A DNA stretch of 32,000 nucleotides from Trichodesmium erythraeum IMS101 (GCF_000014265.1 NC_008312.1:4770001-4802000), one strand, 5' to 3'. Positions 9,572 to 19,389 are shown, counted from the stretch's first letter. Numbers and translations: made by a program. Notes: generated by a model not told the origin, from the sequence alone.

Positions 9572-10357
9572 CTAAATATGTCCATAATAATCACGATGAA
9601 CAACAATAGAATAAGCATAATCTAATAAAGTACCCCAACTAAAAACGGGAAGATTAATTGCTTCTTGAATAGCTCTGGCAAAAGGTTGCATTCCCGAACA
9701 TTCTAATAGCAAAACTCCTATCTGGGGATGTTTTTGTTTAAAATCAAGTGCAAATTGGGTTAATTGTTGCTCAATTTTTTCATAATCAGCATTTCTTTCT
9801 AGAGGATTAGAATTCATATAGAGTTCAGTCAATTCTGAACAATTATTATTTTCAAATATTCCTTCAATAATATAATTACTATTAGAAGTAATTCCTACTC
9901 CTTGTAAATGAGCATTAGTTATAATGGTTTTAGAAAAGACGATAATACCTACTACTTGATCTTGTCTAATTAATTGTTGTGCTAAAGGTACTTGTAATAA
10001 ACTAGACATAAATACCGGAATCTGAACACAATTAGCTATTTCTGTCTGAAAATAAGCAAAATAACCACATTCTCCAGCGATCGCCCGACAACCAATTTTC
10101 TCCAGTTTTTGAGCTGCTATCTTAATAGGTAACAAGAAAGAAGATTTATCTTCTTGAAAAAGTAATTTTTTCCCATCTAAACCTTCAGCAATTTCATATT
10201 GAATAGGAAAAGGGTAAGCACTAGCATTGCGTGTATCACCAGGAAAACCAGGATATATTTCATCCAGAATAATAATACCTAAACCCATGCCATAACAGTG
10301 ACGCGAAGGAGAACTTTTAATATTATTAATTCTGAGATTACGATTTTGATAAATCAT
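9572..10357 (-). CDS. Asp/Glu/hydantoin-racemase-superfamily protein (racemase, isomerase or decarboxylase-like)
   Basis: 261 aa. GIIILDEIYPGFPGDTRNASAYPFPI and two Cys-containing segments (IAGECGYF, LLLECSGMQPFA) are spaced like the paired catalytic Cys loops of this fold. Assigned by remembered similarity only. Confidence 0.5.
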   Translation of the reverse strand: MIYQNRNLRINNIKSSPSRHCYGMGLGIIILDEIYPGFPGDTRNASAYPFPIQYEIAEGLDGKKLLFQEDKSSFLLPIKIAAQKLEKIGCRAIAGECGYFAYFQTEIANCVQIPVFMSSLLQVPLAQQLIRQDQVVGIIVFSKTIITNAHLQGVGITSNSNYIIEGIFENNNCSELTELYMNSNPLERNADYEKIEQQLTQFALDFKQKHPQIGVLLLECSGMQPFARAIQEAINLPVFSWGTLLDYAYSIVVHRDYYGHI

Positions 10358-10563
10358 ATATAAACCTAAAATTATTGTAAGTTAAGGATTTAGATAGAAT
10401 GAAATAGCCCTGCCTCTTTTAAGGGGATGAAAAAAATATTCAACTCAGTATTTCAAACCTTCAACTTTAGTTCGGAGGTACTGATAACTGATAACTAAAA
10501 TTACCCCTATTCCCTCTTTTCTAAAGATGTCTAATAGCACCTATCTTTACTAATTTTTCTTTG

Positions 10564-11691
10564 TCATGTCAATTGTTCATTGTTTATATTATCAGCACCT
10601 CTCCATCTACCCTTCATAAACTGAGCTAACCAATAAGACTCAGTTGGTGATAGAGGTTGAGTAATAGGTCTATCGGGTGATGTGTGATAATGGTTAGGCA
10701 AAAATCCTCCTCTAGGTTTACCTGCTCCGACATTGCCCCACATAGTTTTAAAGGTAGAAGTATCAGGTAATTTTCGGCTATTAGAAGGAGAAAGCCAAAC
10801 CCTTAATAAGAGACGATCGTAATCTCCTGACTCTATTTCCCAAGTAGATCGAGCATGATAAATAATATGATTATTAGCAATGAACCAGTCACCAGGTTCA
10901 AGTTTCATTGTAATGCCCACTTTTAACCCTATTTCTTCTAATAAATCTAAACCTTGCTTTTGTTTTTGAGTTAATCGTGGACAATCTGGAATTAATTGAC
11001 TTAAAGCTACATAACCACTGGAATATTGAGTGGTAAATTTTCCTTCATAAATACACCATAGCGGGTAAGTTATCCAATTATTTTCTCCCTCGAAAAAAAA
11101 GGGAATTTCTTTAAATAATTCTTGGGCAATATCAGGATAATATTTAAGCATTTCATTGTAAATGGTAATAGCACTAGCTAAACGGTTTTCACCACCAATT
11201 CTTGCTTGTCGAACACATAATAAACTATTAAGATCGCAGCGATCTGTATGAAATTTAAAAGCATCATTAGACTGTTTATTCTCTTGAGAAGAATTCTTTG
11301 CTTCGGCTTTTATCTCAGTAATAAATTGATTTCTTTCTCTAATAGGTGAATCAAAATCTGAATTTGACTCTCTTATAGGTACTCCAATCTTTCTAGATAA
11401 GGCCAGATAAAGATCACTCAAATCTGTTTCTAAATATTTATGTACTGGTATTCCTTTTAAAAGGACAATTCCACTTCCAAATTCAAGTTCTTCGGAAATA
11501 TCTTTAAAAGTTTTGAGGAGGCTATTACTTAAGTTGATATCCTTGTTTTTAGAAATTTGTGATTTTTTAAAAGCTGTTTCAATTTCTGCAATTTCTTGAT
11601 TGGTAAATCTGTAATTCCAATATGTAGAATTAAATAATTCTTCACCCTTCCAAGCTGAAGGAATATTGAGTATTTCTATTGTTTTATTCAT
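10564..11691 (-). CDS. TauD/TfdA-family Fe(II)/2-oxoglutarate-dependent oxygenase, paralogue 1
   Basis: 375 aa. It has an HxD facial-triad motif FHTDRCD and a distal His in NHIIYHARSTWE. It is collinear with the neighbouring paralogue over the full length. Confidence 0.7.
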   Translation of the reverse strand: MNKTIEILNIPSAWKGEELFNSTYWNYRFTNQEIAEIETAFKKSQISKNKDINLSNSLLKTFKDISEELEFGSGIVLLKGIPVHKYLETDLSDLYLALSRKIGVPIRESNSDFDSPIRERNQFITEIKAEAKNSSQENKQSNDAFKFHTDRCDLNSLLCVRQARIGGENRLASAITIYNEMLKYYPDIAQELFKEIPFFFEGENNWITYPLWCIYEGKFTTQYSSGYVALSQLIPDCPRLTQKQKQGLDLLEEIGLKVGITMKLEPGDWFIANNHIIYHARSTWEIESGDYDRLLLRVWLSPSNSRKLPDTSTFKTMWGNVGAGKPRGGFLPNHYHTSPDRPITQPLSPTESYWLAQFMKGRWRGADNINNEQLT

Positions 11692-11714
11692 TATTTTTAT
11701 ATTTAATATTTCTT

Positions 11715-12821
11715 TTATTTCTCAGACAATTCACTGATTTTATCTACACCTAACCATCTTACTTGAAGATAACGATCTAACCAGTAAGACTCAGTTTTAG
11801 ATAAAGGTTCACAAATAGCCTGATTTGGAGGTAGTTTATGATTAGGTAAAAAACCACCTCTAGGTTTACCGCCTTGGACATTTCCCCACATTTTTCTAAA
11901 AGTTGGCGTATCAGGCAATTCTCGACTATTAGAAGGAGAACAACAAACTCGGAACAAAAGACGATCGTAATCTCCTGACTCTATTTCCCAAGTAGATCGA
12001 GCATGATAAACAATGTGATTATTAACTATTAACCAATCACCAGGCTCTAATTTTATATTTATTTTAGATTTATTACCAATTATTTGTAATAAATCAAGAC
12101 CTTTTTTATGTGTTTCAGTTAAAGGTAAAGCTCCAGATACTAATTGACTAAGAATTGGATAAGTGCTAGACAGTTGAGTAGTAAATTTATCTAAATGAAT
12201 AAACCATATTGGATAATTAATCCAACCATCTTCCCCATCAAATAACCAAGGAACACCCTTACATAACTCCTGTGCAATTTCAGGATGAGATTGGATCATT
12301 TCATTATAGATATTAACAGCACTGGCAAAACTATTTTCTCCACCCACTTTTGCTTGTCTAACACAAAGTAAATTCAACAAGTCATAACGATCGGTATGAA
12401 GTTGATAATTGTCGTTTGACTGTTTACCATCTGAAGATGATTTTGACTCAGCTCTAATATAAGTAATAAATTGTGTTTTTTCTCTAAGAGGCGAATTAAA
12501 ATTAGAATTTGATTGTCTAATCGGTAGTCCTATTTGTTGACATAAGAATAGGTAAAAATCAGCTACAGTTTCCTCGGAATATTTATGGACAGGAAAACCT
12601 TTTAACAGAACAATCCCCCGTCCATTTTCTAATTCTTCAGAAATACTTGCAAAAGTTTGTTTAAGTCGCTTAAAATTAAATTTTTGATTTTCAGAAAATT
12701 GGTAAATATTAATGCCGACTTCTATTTCTGCCACTTCTTCTTGAGTAAAACTATAATTCCAATATGGAGAATTAAGTAACTCTTGGGCTGTCCACGCTGC
12801 CGGAATGTTTAGTAATTTCAT
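11715..12821 (-). CDS. TauD/TfdA-family Fe(II)/2-oxoglutarate-dependent oxygenase, paralogue 2
   Basis: LHTDRYD and NHIVYHARSTWE motifs. I moved the start to the ATG at 12821 (MKLLNIPAAW...), which aligns with MNKTIEILNIPSAW of paralogue 1. The ORF-track start at 12995 would add 58 unalignable residues and overlap the convergently read start of the tas-like gene. Confidence 0.7.
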   Translation of the reverse strand: MKLLNIPAAWTAQELLNSPYWNYSFTQEEVAEIEVGINIYQFSENQKFNFKRLKQTFASISEELENGRGIVLLKGFPVHKYSEETVADFYLFLCQQIGLPIRQSNSNFNSPLREKTQFITYIRAESKSSSDGKQSNDNYQLHTDRYDLLNLLCVRQAKVGGENSFASAVNIYNEMIQSHPEIAQELCKGVPWLFDGEDGWINYPIWFIHLDKFTTQLSSTYPILSQLVSGALPLTETHKKGLDLLQIIGNKSKINIKLEPGDWLIVNNHIVYHARSTWEIESGDYDRLLFRVCCSPSNSRELPDTPTFRKMWGNVQGGKPRGGFLPNHKLPPNQAICEPLSKTESYWLDRYLQVRWLGVDKISELSEK

Positions 12822-12898
12822 ATTATTGACAAATGTAGTAGTTTTGTTTTTTGTTATATTAACTAAAATTACATTATCACATTTAGAGTGCAACAGTA
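12822..12898. promoter_or_regulatory. 77-bp divergent intergenic region between the two arms of the island
   Basis: The only DNA between the divergently transcribed 12821(-) and 12899(+) starts. It contains TTGACA at 12826..12831 and several TATATT/TAAAAT-like hexamers, but I could not find a canonically spaced -35/-10 pair. Confidence 0.3.
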
Positions 12899-13945
12899 AT
12901 GAGATATAAACAACTAGGTGATAGTCAATTACAGGTATCAGAAATTTGTTTAGGTACCATGAATTATGGTAAACAAAATACCTTAGACGAAGCACAAAAA
13001 TTACTAGATTATGCTTTTTCTCAAGGAATAAATTTTATTGATACTGCAGAAATGTATCCTGCTCCTACCTGTGCCAAAACTCTAGGTAAAACAGAAGAAT
13101 ATATTGGTAAATGGTTAAGTAAAAAACAACGAGACAAAGTTACTATCGCAACTAAGGTTTGTGGTAGACCAAATGAAACTTTATCTCTAAATTGGATTCG
13201 AGAAGGAAAAAGTTGTATCAATGATGTTAATGTTCAAAAAGCTATTGATGGTAGTCTTTCAAGATTACAAACTGACTACGTTGATTTGTACCAAATTCAC
13301 TGGCCAGATCGTTATGTTCCTTTATTTGGTGCATCTGATTACAATCCTCGTTATGAAAGGGAAACAATACCAATTATTGAACAATTAGAAGTTTTTGCCG
13401 ATCTAGTTAAAGCTGGAAAAATTCGTTATTTAGGTATAAGCAATGAAACTCCTTGGGGAGTATCTGAATTTTCTCATTTAGCACAACAATTAGGATTACC
13501 AAAAATTGTTTCGATTCAAAATGCTTATAATTTAACAAATCGAGTTTTTGAAATAAATCTAGCAGAAACTTGTCACTTTCATCGAGTTGGATTAATGGCT
13601 TATAGTACCTTAGCTTTTGGCTACTTATCAGGTAAATATTTGTCTAAAATTCCCAAAAACTCAAGATTAGATTTATTTCCTGGGTTTGATAGACGTTATC
13701 ATAAACCTAATTTTGCCGAAGCAGTAAAAGCTTATGTAGATATTGCTCATCAATATGAGCTTACACCTGTTCAGTTAGCACTAGCTTTTGTTCGTTCTCG
13801 TTGGTTTGTTACTACTACTATTATTGGAGCATCAACAATAGAACAACTTCAGGAAAATATTTCCAGTATAGAAATAGAATTAGACTCAGATATATTAGCA
13901 CAAATAGATCAAATTCATGCCCGTTATCCTAATCCAACTTCCTAA
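12899..13945 (+). CDS. tas: NADP(H)-dependent aldo-keto reductase, Tas-like
   Basis: 348 aa, collinear from memory with E. coli Tas: LGTMNYG, GINFIDTAEMY, LQTDYVDLYQIHWPDR, GKIRYLGISNET, SIQNAYNL, IIGASTIEQLQENI. Confidence 0.85.
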   Translation: MRYKQLGDSQLQVSEICLGTMNYGKQNTLDEAQKLLDYAFSQGINFIDTAEMYPAPTCAKTLGKTEEYIGKWLSKKQRDKVTIATKVCGRPNETLSLNWIREGKSCINDVNVQKAIDGSLSRLQTDYVDLYQIHWPDRYVPLFGASDYNPRYERETIPIIEQLEVFADLVKAGKIRYLGISNETPWGVSEFSHLAQQLGLPKIVSIQNAYNLTNRVFEINLAETCHFHRVGLMAYSTLAFGYLSGKYLSKIPKNSRLDLFPGFDRRYHKPNFAEAVKAYVDIAHQYELTPVQLALAFVRSRWFVTTTIIGASTIEQLQENISSIEIELDSDILAQIDQIHARYPNPTS

Positions 13946-13955
13946 TAATTCTCAG

Positions 13956-14190
13956 AGGGTGTCTATAAAATAAATCTTAAGAACTGCAGTAAGATTGATT
14001 ATTGCTGGGTTACGGCAAATCACACCAAAATATTAAGTTTAACTATTACAGGACTTACGTAGAACCACTATATATGGTGCGAAAAATTATCATTCTCAAG
14101 ATATTGCCACTACAATTAGTGCCGTTGCGTAAGTCCTGTATTAATCTGTGCCTAATTAACCATACACAAAGATTTAATATTTTATTTACA
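13956..14190 (+). repeat. About 140-bp intergenic repeat unit, copy 1 (interrupted by a MITE)
   Basis: AGGGTGTCTATAAAATAAATCTTAAGAACTGCAGTAAGATTGATTATTGCTGGGTTACGGCAAATCACACCAAAATATTAAGTTTAACTATTA [MITE] TTAATCTGTGCC...GATTTAATATTTTATTTACA aligns with copy 2 at 14292..16035. Confidence 0.8.
14049..14138. mobile_element. MITE-like element (perfect 11-bp TIR CAGGACTTACG / CGTAAGTCCTG)
   Basis: 90 bp with exact terminal inverted repeats, flanked by TATTA on both sides. Removing the element plus one TATTA restores the uninterrupted sequence seen in repeat copy 2 (AACTATTAATCTG). Confidence 0.75.
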
Positions 14191-14369
14191 CACTATTTCT
14201 CCATGAAATTGTACTTAGAGATAATAAAGATAAGAATATTTAGTTTATAGTCCTTTCACTCTAGATTGAGACAAGTGTTTCTTGTTATTAGAAAGTGTCT
14301 ATAAAATAAACCTTAAGAACTACAGTAAAATTGATTATTGCTGAGTTACGGCAAATCATACCAAAATAT

Positions 14370-15962
14370 GGTGGTCCTGTATATGTAGTGATAAGCCAAT
14401 ATAAATGATTATTTATTGACATTAATCTTGAAAACATTAAGTTTTTTATGCTTAATAATTCAAAATTTTTATCTAGGCTATCGCTACATAATAATCAGTT
14501 ATCAAACTATCAAGAATTAAACTCAACTATCATGAAAAAAGTATGCTATTATCTATGACAGTAATAAGAAAAAATCTATATAATTCAGATGTCCATTCAT
14601 AAATTAATCTGTCCTAGTTGTGGCAGTAATCATATTGTCAAAAATGGGAATATTCACAACAAAAAACAAAAATATCAATGTCAAAATTGTCTCTGACAAT
14701 TTGTCGAAAATAGTCAAAGAGATTATATTAGTAATGAAACCAAAGAACTTATTGATAAATTAAAATAGAGAAAAAATTAGTTTAGCTGGTATAACCCGTG
14801 TAACAGGTGTGTCAGAAAAATGGCTCCAGAATTACGTCAATAATAAGTATGCTGAGGTTTCACACTCTATTAAATGTACTAAAAAAAAACAGGTAAACTC
14901 ACCATTCAATGTGATGAAATGTGGTCATTTGTAGGCAATAAAAATAATAGAGTTGTTGGGAAATAAGGTAAAATAATTTCAGAAAAAATTTGCCATAAAA
15001 ATGCTAAATATTGAACGAGCCTTAAAACAAGACAGATTACTCAGAGCATTAACACCCATTAAACCGTAAAGCATTTGAATCTTTGTTGGAGTCCTTTGGG
15101 CAAATGTATGAGCAAACATTGCACTCGCTCACCTCGTCAACGCTCTGTTGGAGGAGGTCTTTTGGCTCGTTTACGCACTCTACAAGACAAATTGTTTGAC
15201 ATTCTCTTCTACTTTAAATGTTACCCGACTTTTGACTTAGCTGGTATCTTGTTTGATATCGACCGTAGTCAAGCACATTATTGGGTTCATCGCTTACAAA
15301 CTATGTTAGAAGCAGCCTTGGGAGAAAAAAAGGCGCGATGCATTGCGTCAAATTAACAGTGTCCAAGGATTCATAGAGCGTTTCCCTGGAGTAGAACGAG
15401 TGATAATGGATGGCACAGAACGGCCAGTACAAAGACCAACTCACTCTGAAAAACCAAAACTGAATTATTCAGGAAAAAAAAAGCGTCACACTCGCAAACA
15501 TCTAGTAGCAGTTAATCAAAACAAGAAAGTGCTGGTATTGAGTCAGGCACGAGAAGGAAAGCTGCATGAAGTCGAAGTTCCATGACCAGGAAAAATTGAT
15601 GGGAAATATACCTCTAGAGATTCCGATAGAAGTAGACAGTGGTTTCCAAGGTCTCCACGCATCAGTATGAAAATATCCGATGTCTTAAGGCCGTGTGCAG
15701 TTTGTTATACAGATTTTTGGTCAGCTTACGAGCTTGTCTTTCCTGAAGAGAGACATAAATCAGTGGGGAATATTCAGGTTTAACAGCTTATACAGAAAGA
15801 TTGAATAATACTTTGCGTCAAAGAATTTCTCGGTTGGTCAGAAAGACTTTATCCTTTTCTAAAAAGCTTCGGTCTCATCTAGGAGATATTTGGTATTTCA
15901 TTAATCATTATAATGAAGCGATCGCTTCACTGTAATTTTATCACTACATATACAGGACTACC
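14370..15962 (+). mobile_element. IS1-family insertion sequence, copy A (defective, carries a nested IS fragment)
   Basis: Terminal IRs are GGTGGTCCTGTATATGTAGTGATA (14370..) and TATCACTACATATACAGGACTACC (..15962). A 9-bp direct repeat CCAAAATAT flanks the element on both sides. The InsA-like zinc-finger ORF from the ATG at 14589 (MSIHKLICPSCGSNHIVKNG...YQCQNC) hits TGA at 14694. An A9 run at 14881..14889 marks the expected insA/insB frameshift site. The InsB-like tail is YTDFWSAYE...LRQRISRLVRKTLSFSKK. The element is nearly identical to copy B. Confidence 0.85.
14950..15680 (+). pseudogene. IS5/Harbinger-like (HTH_Tnp_4 + DDE_Tnp_4 type) transposase fragment nested in IS1 copy A
   Basis: It replaces about 110 bp that are present in IS1 copy B. 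It encodes, across at least three frames, MLNIERALKQDRLLRAL, PRQRSVGGG..LQDKLFDILFYFKCYPTFDLAGILFDIDRSQAHYWVHRLQ, and FPGVERVIMDGTERPVQRP...YSGKKKRHTRKHL. It stops shortly after VDSGFQGL, so the 3' half is missing. Confidence 0.65.
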
Positions 15963-16132
15963 CCAAAATATTAAGTTTAACTATTAATCTGTGCAAAACC
16001 CCAAGCCTAGACAAGAATTTAATATTTTATTTACAAAATACTCTCTTAAAGTATTTCTAGGCAAGCGAAAATATGTTAAGGTTACGAAGATATTATATCA
16101 TATACAAGAAATTATCCTAAACAGTAGAAAAA

Positions 16133-17272
16133 ATGGTCAATAGTTTTAATGAATGGTCTCCTTTAAAGGAAGTTATTGTGGGCTCTCCAGTTCATTATGA
16201 TATTCAAGATTTAGAATTATCTTTCAAACTCTTTTTTCATGATGTTGTTTATTCCTCTTTTTATTATCCTTCATATTCAAGTAGTAGTACTCAAGAAAAT
16301 CAAGATTCATCAAAATCTATAACTAAAAAATTAAATAAAAGATATTTGGAAGAATTAAATGAAGATGTTGAAGAATTGGTGACAACTTTACAACAATTAG
16401 GAGTTAAAGTACATCGTCCAATACCTTTAAATCAAACAATTCAATTTCAAACTCCCTATTGGAAAGCCGACTGTATTCCCGCTTTAAATGTTAGAGATCA
16501 GGCAATTATTTTTGGTAATGAAATATTAGAAACCCCTCCTCAAGTTAGAGCCAGATATTTTGAAAATGACTTGTTAAAACCAATTTTTTACCAATATTTT
16601 CATCAAGGGGCAAAATGGACAAATATGCCTAAGCCCATTATGACCGATAAGTCCTTTGATATTTCTTATGTCTCAGGAGATACGGATCCAGCCATACAAA
16701 AAGTTTATCATCAAAATGAGTCAAAATTTGATATTGGCTATGAGATGATGTTTGATGCGGCTCAATGTATCCGTTTTGGTAAAGATATTTTGATTAATGT
16801 ATCTACTAAAAACCATTATTTAGCTTATGAATGGTTAAAACGTCATTTGGAAGGTAAATTTAACTTTCATCTGCTCTATCGCTTTGCTGATAATCATATT
16901 GATAGTATTATTCTACCTCTAAAACCTGGTACTCTTTTACTACGAAAACCAGAGTTTCTTGATAAATTACCCGATCCTTTACAAAAATGGGATATTATTT
17001 ATCCTCCAGAGCCTAAAGAAAATATGTTTCCTCAATATGAAGACGAAGATTTAATCTTGACCACTAAATATATTGACTTAAATGTTTTATCGATTGATGA
17101 AAATACAATTATTGTTAATTCTCTATTTCCAGAATTAATTAAAACTTTAGAGCAACATGGTTTTACTGCTATTCCAGTGCGTCACCGTCATCGCCGTATT
17201 TTTGGCGGGGGTTTTCATTGTTTTACTCTTGATACAGTTAGAGAAGGTACTTTAGAGGATTATTTTAGTTAA
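16133..17272 (+). CDS. amidinotransferase (GATM / AGAT-CyrA-SxtG-StrB1 family)
   Basis: 379 aa. NEWSPLKEVIVG at the N-terminus, NVRDQAIIFGNEILETP, and the contexts of the family's Asp/His/Cys catalytic triad: MFDAAQC, ADNHIDS, GGGFHCFTLD. The C-terminal REGTLEDYF parallels RRGTLQSY of animal and cyanobacterial homologues as I remember them. Confidence 0.88.
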   Translation: MVNSFNEWSPLKEVIVGSPVHYDIQDLELSFKLFFHDVVYSSFYYPSYSSSSTQENQDSSKSITKKLNKRYLEELNEDVEELVTTLQQLGVKVHRPIPLNQTIQFQTPYWKADCIPALNVRDQAIIFGNEILETPPQVRARYFENDLLKPIFYQYFHQGAKWTNMPKPIMTDKSFDISYVSGDTDPAIQKVYHQNESKFDIGYEMMFDAAQCIRFGKDILINVSTKNHYLAYEWLKRHLEGKFNFHLLYRFADNHIDSIILPLKPGTLLLRKPEFLDKLPDPLQKWDIIYPPEPKENMFPQYEDEDLILTTKYIDLNVLSIDENTIIVNSLFPELIKTLEQHGFTAIPVRHRHRRIFGGGFHCFTLDTVREGTLEDYFS

Positions 17273-17591
17273 TTTTCTGAGTAATTGGAATTGCACGGTA
17301 TTCCAGGTGAGATATAGCCAGAGGAGCAAGATGATTCCACTGGGTAGATTTAATTATTAATATCTGCACTTCTTATGCTTTGAATATGCTGTGCTTCAAT
17401 ATTGGGGAGCAAAATATTAACAATTAGGGTTTGATATTTTAGCTAGTTATGGGCAAGATACCTATACTTTTCTTTACTAAATATCAATAGTTTCAGTTTA
17501 GTTTTAGCTGTTAAAAGCTACAATAAATATAAAATCAATAGATTACTTTTATCAGTTTTTTATCTAAAATCATCAATTGTCGAATTTAATT

Positions 17592-18803
17592 ATGTTACTT
17601 GGAATTTATTTTACTATAGCGTGCGCTTTTATAATTATTATATTAGCAGTATTGTTAACTCCTTTTCCACATTGGCCTACTTATTATACTATTTGGAAAC
17701 ATATCTTCTTCGATCCAGAGCCATCTATCAAATTTAGACATAGAAAAAGACAAGTTTTTTATTTACTTAACTATGCTTTAAAACTTCCTTTTGTCTCATT
17801 ATGTTGGTGTCTTGATGAAATTTTATTCTCTCAATATCGGGAAATGAAATTGTCTACACCTATTTTTATAGTTGCTCAACCTCGTAGTGCCACAACATTT
17901 TTACATCGTACTTTAGCTTCAGATGAAAAAAAATTTTTCTCTATTTGTTTATTAGAATGGCGTTATCCTTCTATATTAATACAAAAATTTTTTCAAGCTA
18001 CAGGCTATTTAGAAAAAATGAGTAAAGTCAGCTATTGGGGTAATAACAATGAAGCTAAATTAACTGAAAAAATGCACTATAGTTATCTTAATGATTATGA
18101 AGATGATGGTTTTTTGTATGAAGAATGTTTTTTCCATCAGTTTTATGTGATTAACCGTTTTCCTTATCCTAAATTAGTAGATAAACTCAATAATTTTCAG
18201 GAATTACCGAACAAAACTAAAGAAAAAATGCTAAAAGCACATTATCAAGTTATTCAAAAAATTCTTTATTTACGAGGTGGTAATTTAGTCTATGTTTCTA
18301 AAGATAATGAATGTTTGCAACGTTCGGAATTAATGAAAAAGCTTTATCCTGATGCTTTATTTATAACTATTACCAGAGAATCAGAAAAATTTATGAACTC
18401 TTATATTACTTTAATACATCAATCAGCTTATTCTAAATCTAGAGTAGATGTTAATAATATTTCTGAATGGATATCGATGCAAAGAAAAGTAAGGGTAGAA
18501 GCAGCAAGTCAAACAATTAATTTTTTTGAAAGCTTATCTGAAGAACAAAAACTGTGTTTTTCTTTTAATAATTTAACTGAAAATATTAAAGATTCTATTG
18601 AATTAGTTTATCGTAAATTAAATATTGATTTAACTGAAGCTCAAAGTGAATATTTGAAAAACTTAGATACTAAACAAAATTTAAGAGATTCTGCTTATAA
18701 AACAGGTTCAGATAAATTTGAGGAGTTTGCATTTTTCGATAAATTTGCAACTGAAACTGCTAGGAATCATAAAACATTACTTGAAAAATCAAAAAGAATT
18801 TAG
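17592..18803 (+). CDS. sulfotransferase with N-terminal membrane anchor
   Basis: PAPS 5'-phosphosulfate-binding-like loop VAQPRSATTFLHRTLA, and a hydrophobic N-terminus LLGIYFTIACAFIIIILAVLLTPF. The ORF-track start at 17577 is TTG; I use the first ATG, at 17592. Confidence 0.7.
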   Translation: MLLGIYFTIACAFIIIILAVLLTPFPHWPTYYTIWKHIFFDPEPSIKFRHRKRQVFYLLNYALKLPFVSLCWCLDEILFSQYREMKLSTPIFIVAQPRSATTFLHRTLASDEKKFFSICLLEWRYPSILIQKFFQATGYLEKMSKVSYWGNNNEAKLTEKMHYSYLNDYEDDGFLYEECFFHQFYVINRFPYPKLVDKLNNFQELPNKTKEKMLKAHYQVIQKILYLRGGNLVYVSKDNECLQRSELMKKLYPDALFITITRESEKFMNSYITLIHQSAYSKSRVDVNNISEWISMQRKVRVEAASQTINFFESLSEEQKLCFSFNNLTENIKDSIELVYRKLNIDLTEAQSEYLKNLDTKQNLRDSAYKTGSDKFEEFAFFDKFATETARNHKTLLEKSKRI

Positions 18804-18950
18804 CTATTAAGGATCTAAGAGCAATTATAAGAGCAATTAATAAATTGATAGAGAATTAAAAGTTACTATCAAAGTAAGCATCTTTAAATTTAAAATAAAT
18901 TATTTATTATTTGCGCTCTAGGTGACTTCTTACAAATTAAATCTAGAGAT

Positions 18951-19370
18951 ATGAAAACGGAAACAACCAGACAAATTTTACAAAATTGGTGTGACAGTTG
19001 GGCAAAAGATGACATTGACGCAGTAATGAATAATCTTTCTGAAAATATTGTTTTTTATGCTCCTCAAAATGAGTATAACAAAGCAATTCCTTATTTGGGT
19101 GTCAAAGTTGGTCGTCAAGCTGTTATTGAAACCTTTAAAATTAGAGCTAAAACTACTCAATTATTAAACTATGAAATACTTGAGTTTATTGTAGAGGCAA
19201 ATAAAGCTTGTATTATTTCTCGGACTAAAGAAATTTGTAAATCTACTCAAGCAATTTTTGAACTTGAAGATGCTCAATTTATTATCTTAGATGAAGAAGG
19301 TAAAATTTCTAGATGGAGTTTTTACTTCGACCCAAATCCAGAAATAGCTGCTTTTAAAGCTAATAATTAG
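18951..19370 (+). CDS. NTF2-like / SnoaL-like small protein
   Basis: 139 aa. The size and the N-terminal W..W...D.D....L..N.VF pattern are typical of SnoaL/ketosteroid-isomerase-like folds. This is a weak, fold-level call only. Confidence 0.45.
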   Translation: MKTETTRQILQNWCDSWAKDDIDAVMNNLSENIVFYAPQNEYNKAIPYLGVKVGRQAVIETFKIRAKTTQLLNYEILEFIVEANKACIISRTKEICKSTQAIFELEDAQFIILDEEGKISRWSFYFDPNPEIAAFKANN

Positions 19371-19389
19371 TGTTTAATTATAAATTGAT

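Larger units (their letters stand above)
14292..16035 (+). repeat. About 140-bp intergenic repeat unit, copy 2 (split by the IS1-family element)
   Basis: 14292..14369 and 15972..16035 together align with copy 1. It lies directly upstream of the amidinotransferase gene. Confidence 0.8.

Noticed and set aside
12822-12995. 58-residue N-terminal extension of the second TauD-type ORF (track start 12995)
   Set aside because: It has no counterpart in the paralogue, is compositionally odd, and overlaps the start of the opposite-strand tas-like gene. The internal ATG at 12821 aligns with the paralogue's N-terminus.
14002-14250. 82-aa ORF in the tas-amidinotransferase spacer
   Set aside because: It reads straight through the MITE (14049..14138) and the duplicated intergenic unit. 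Its sequence is low-complexity with no start context. I treat it as spurious.
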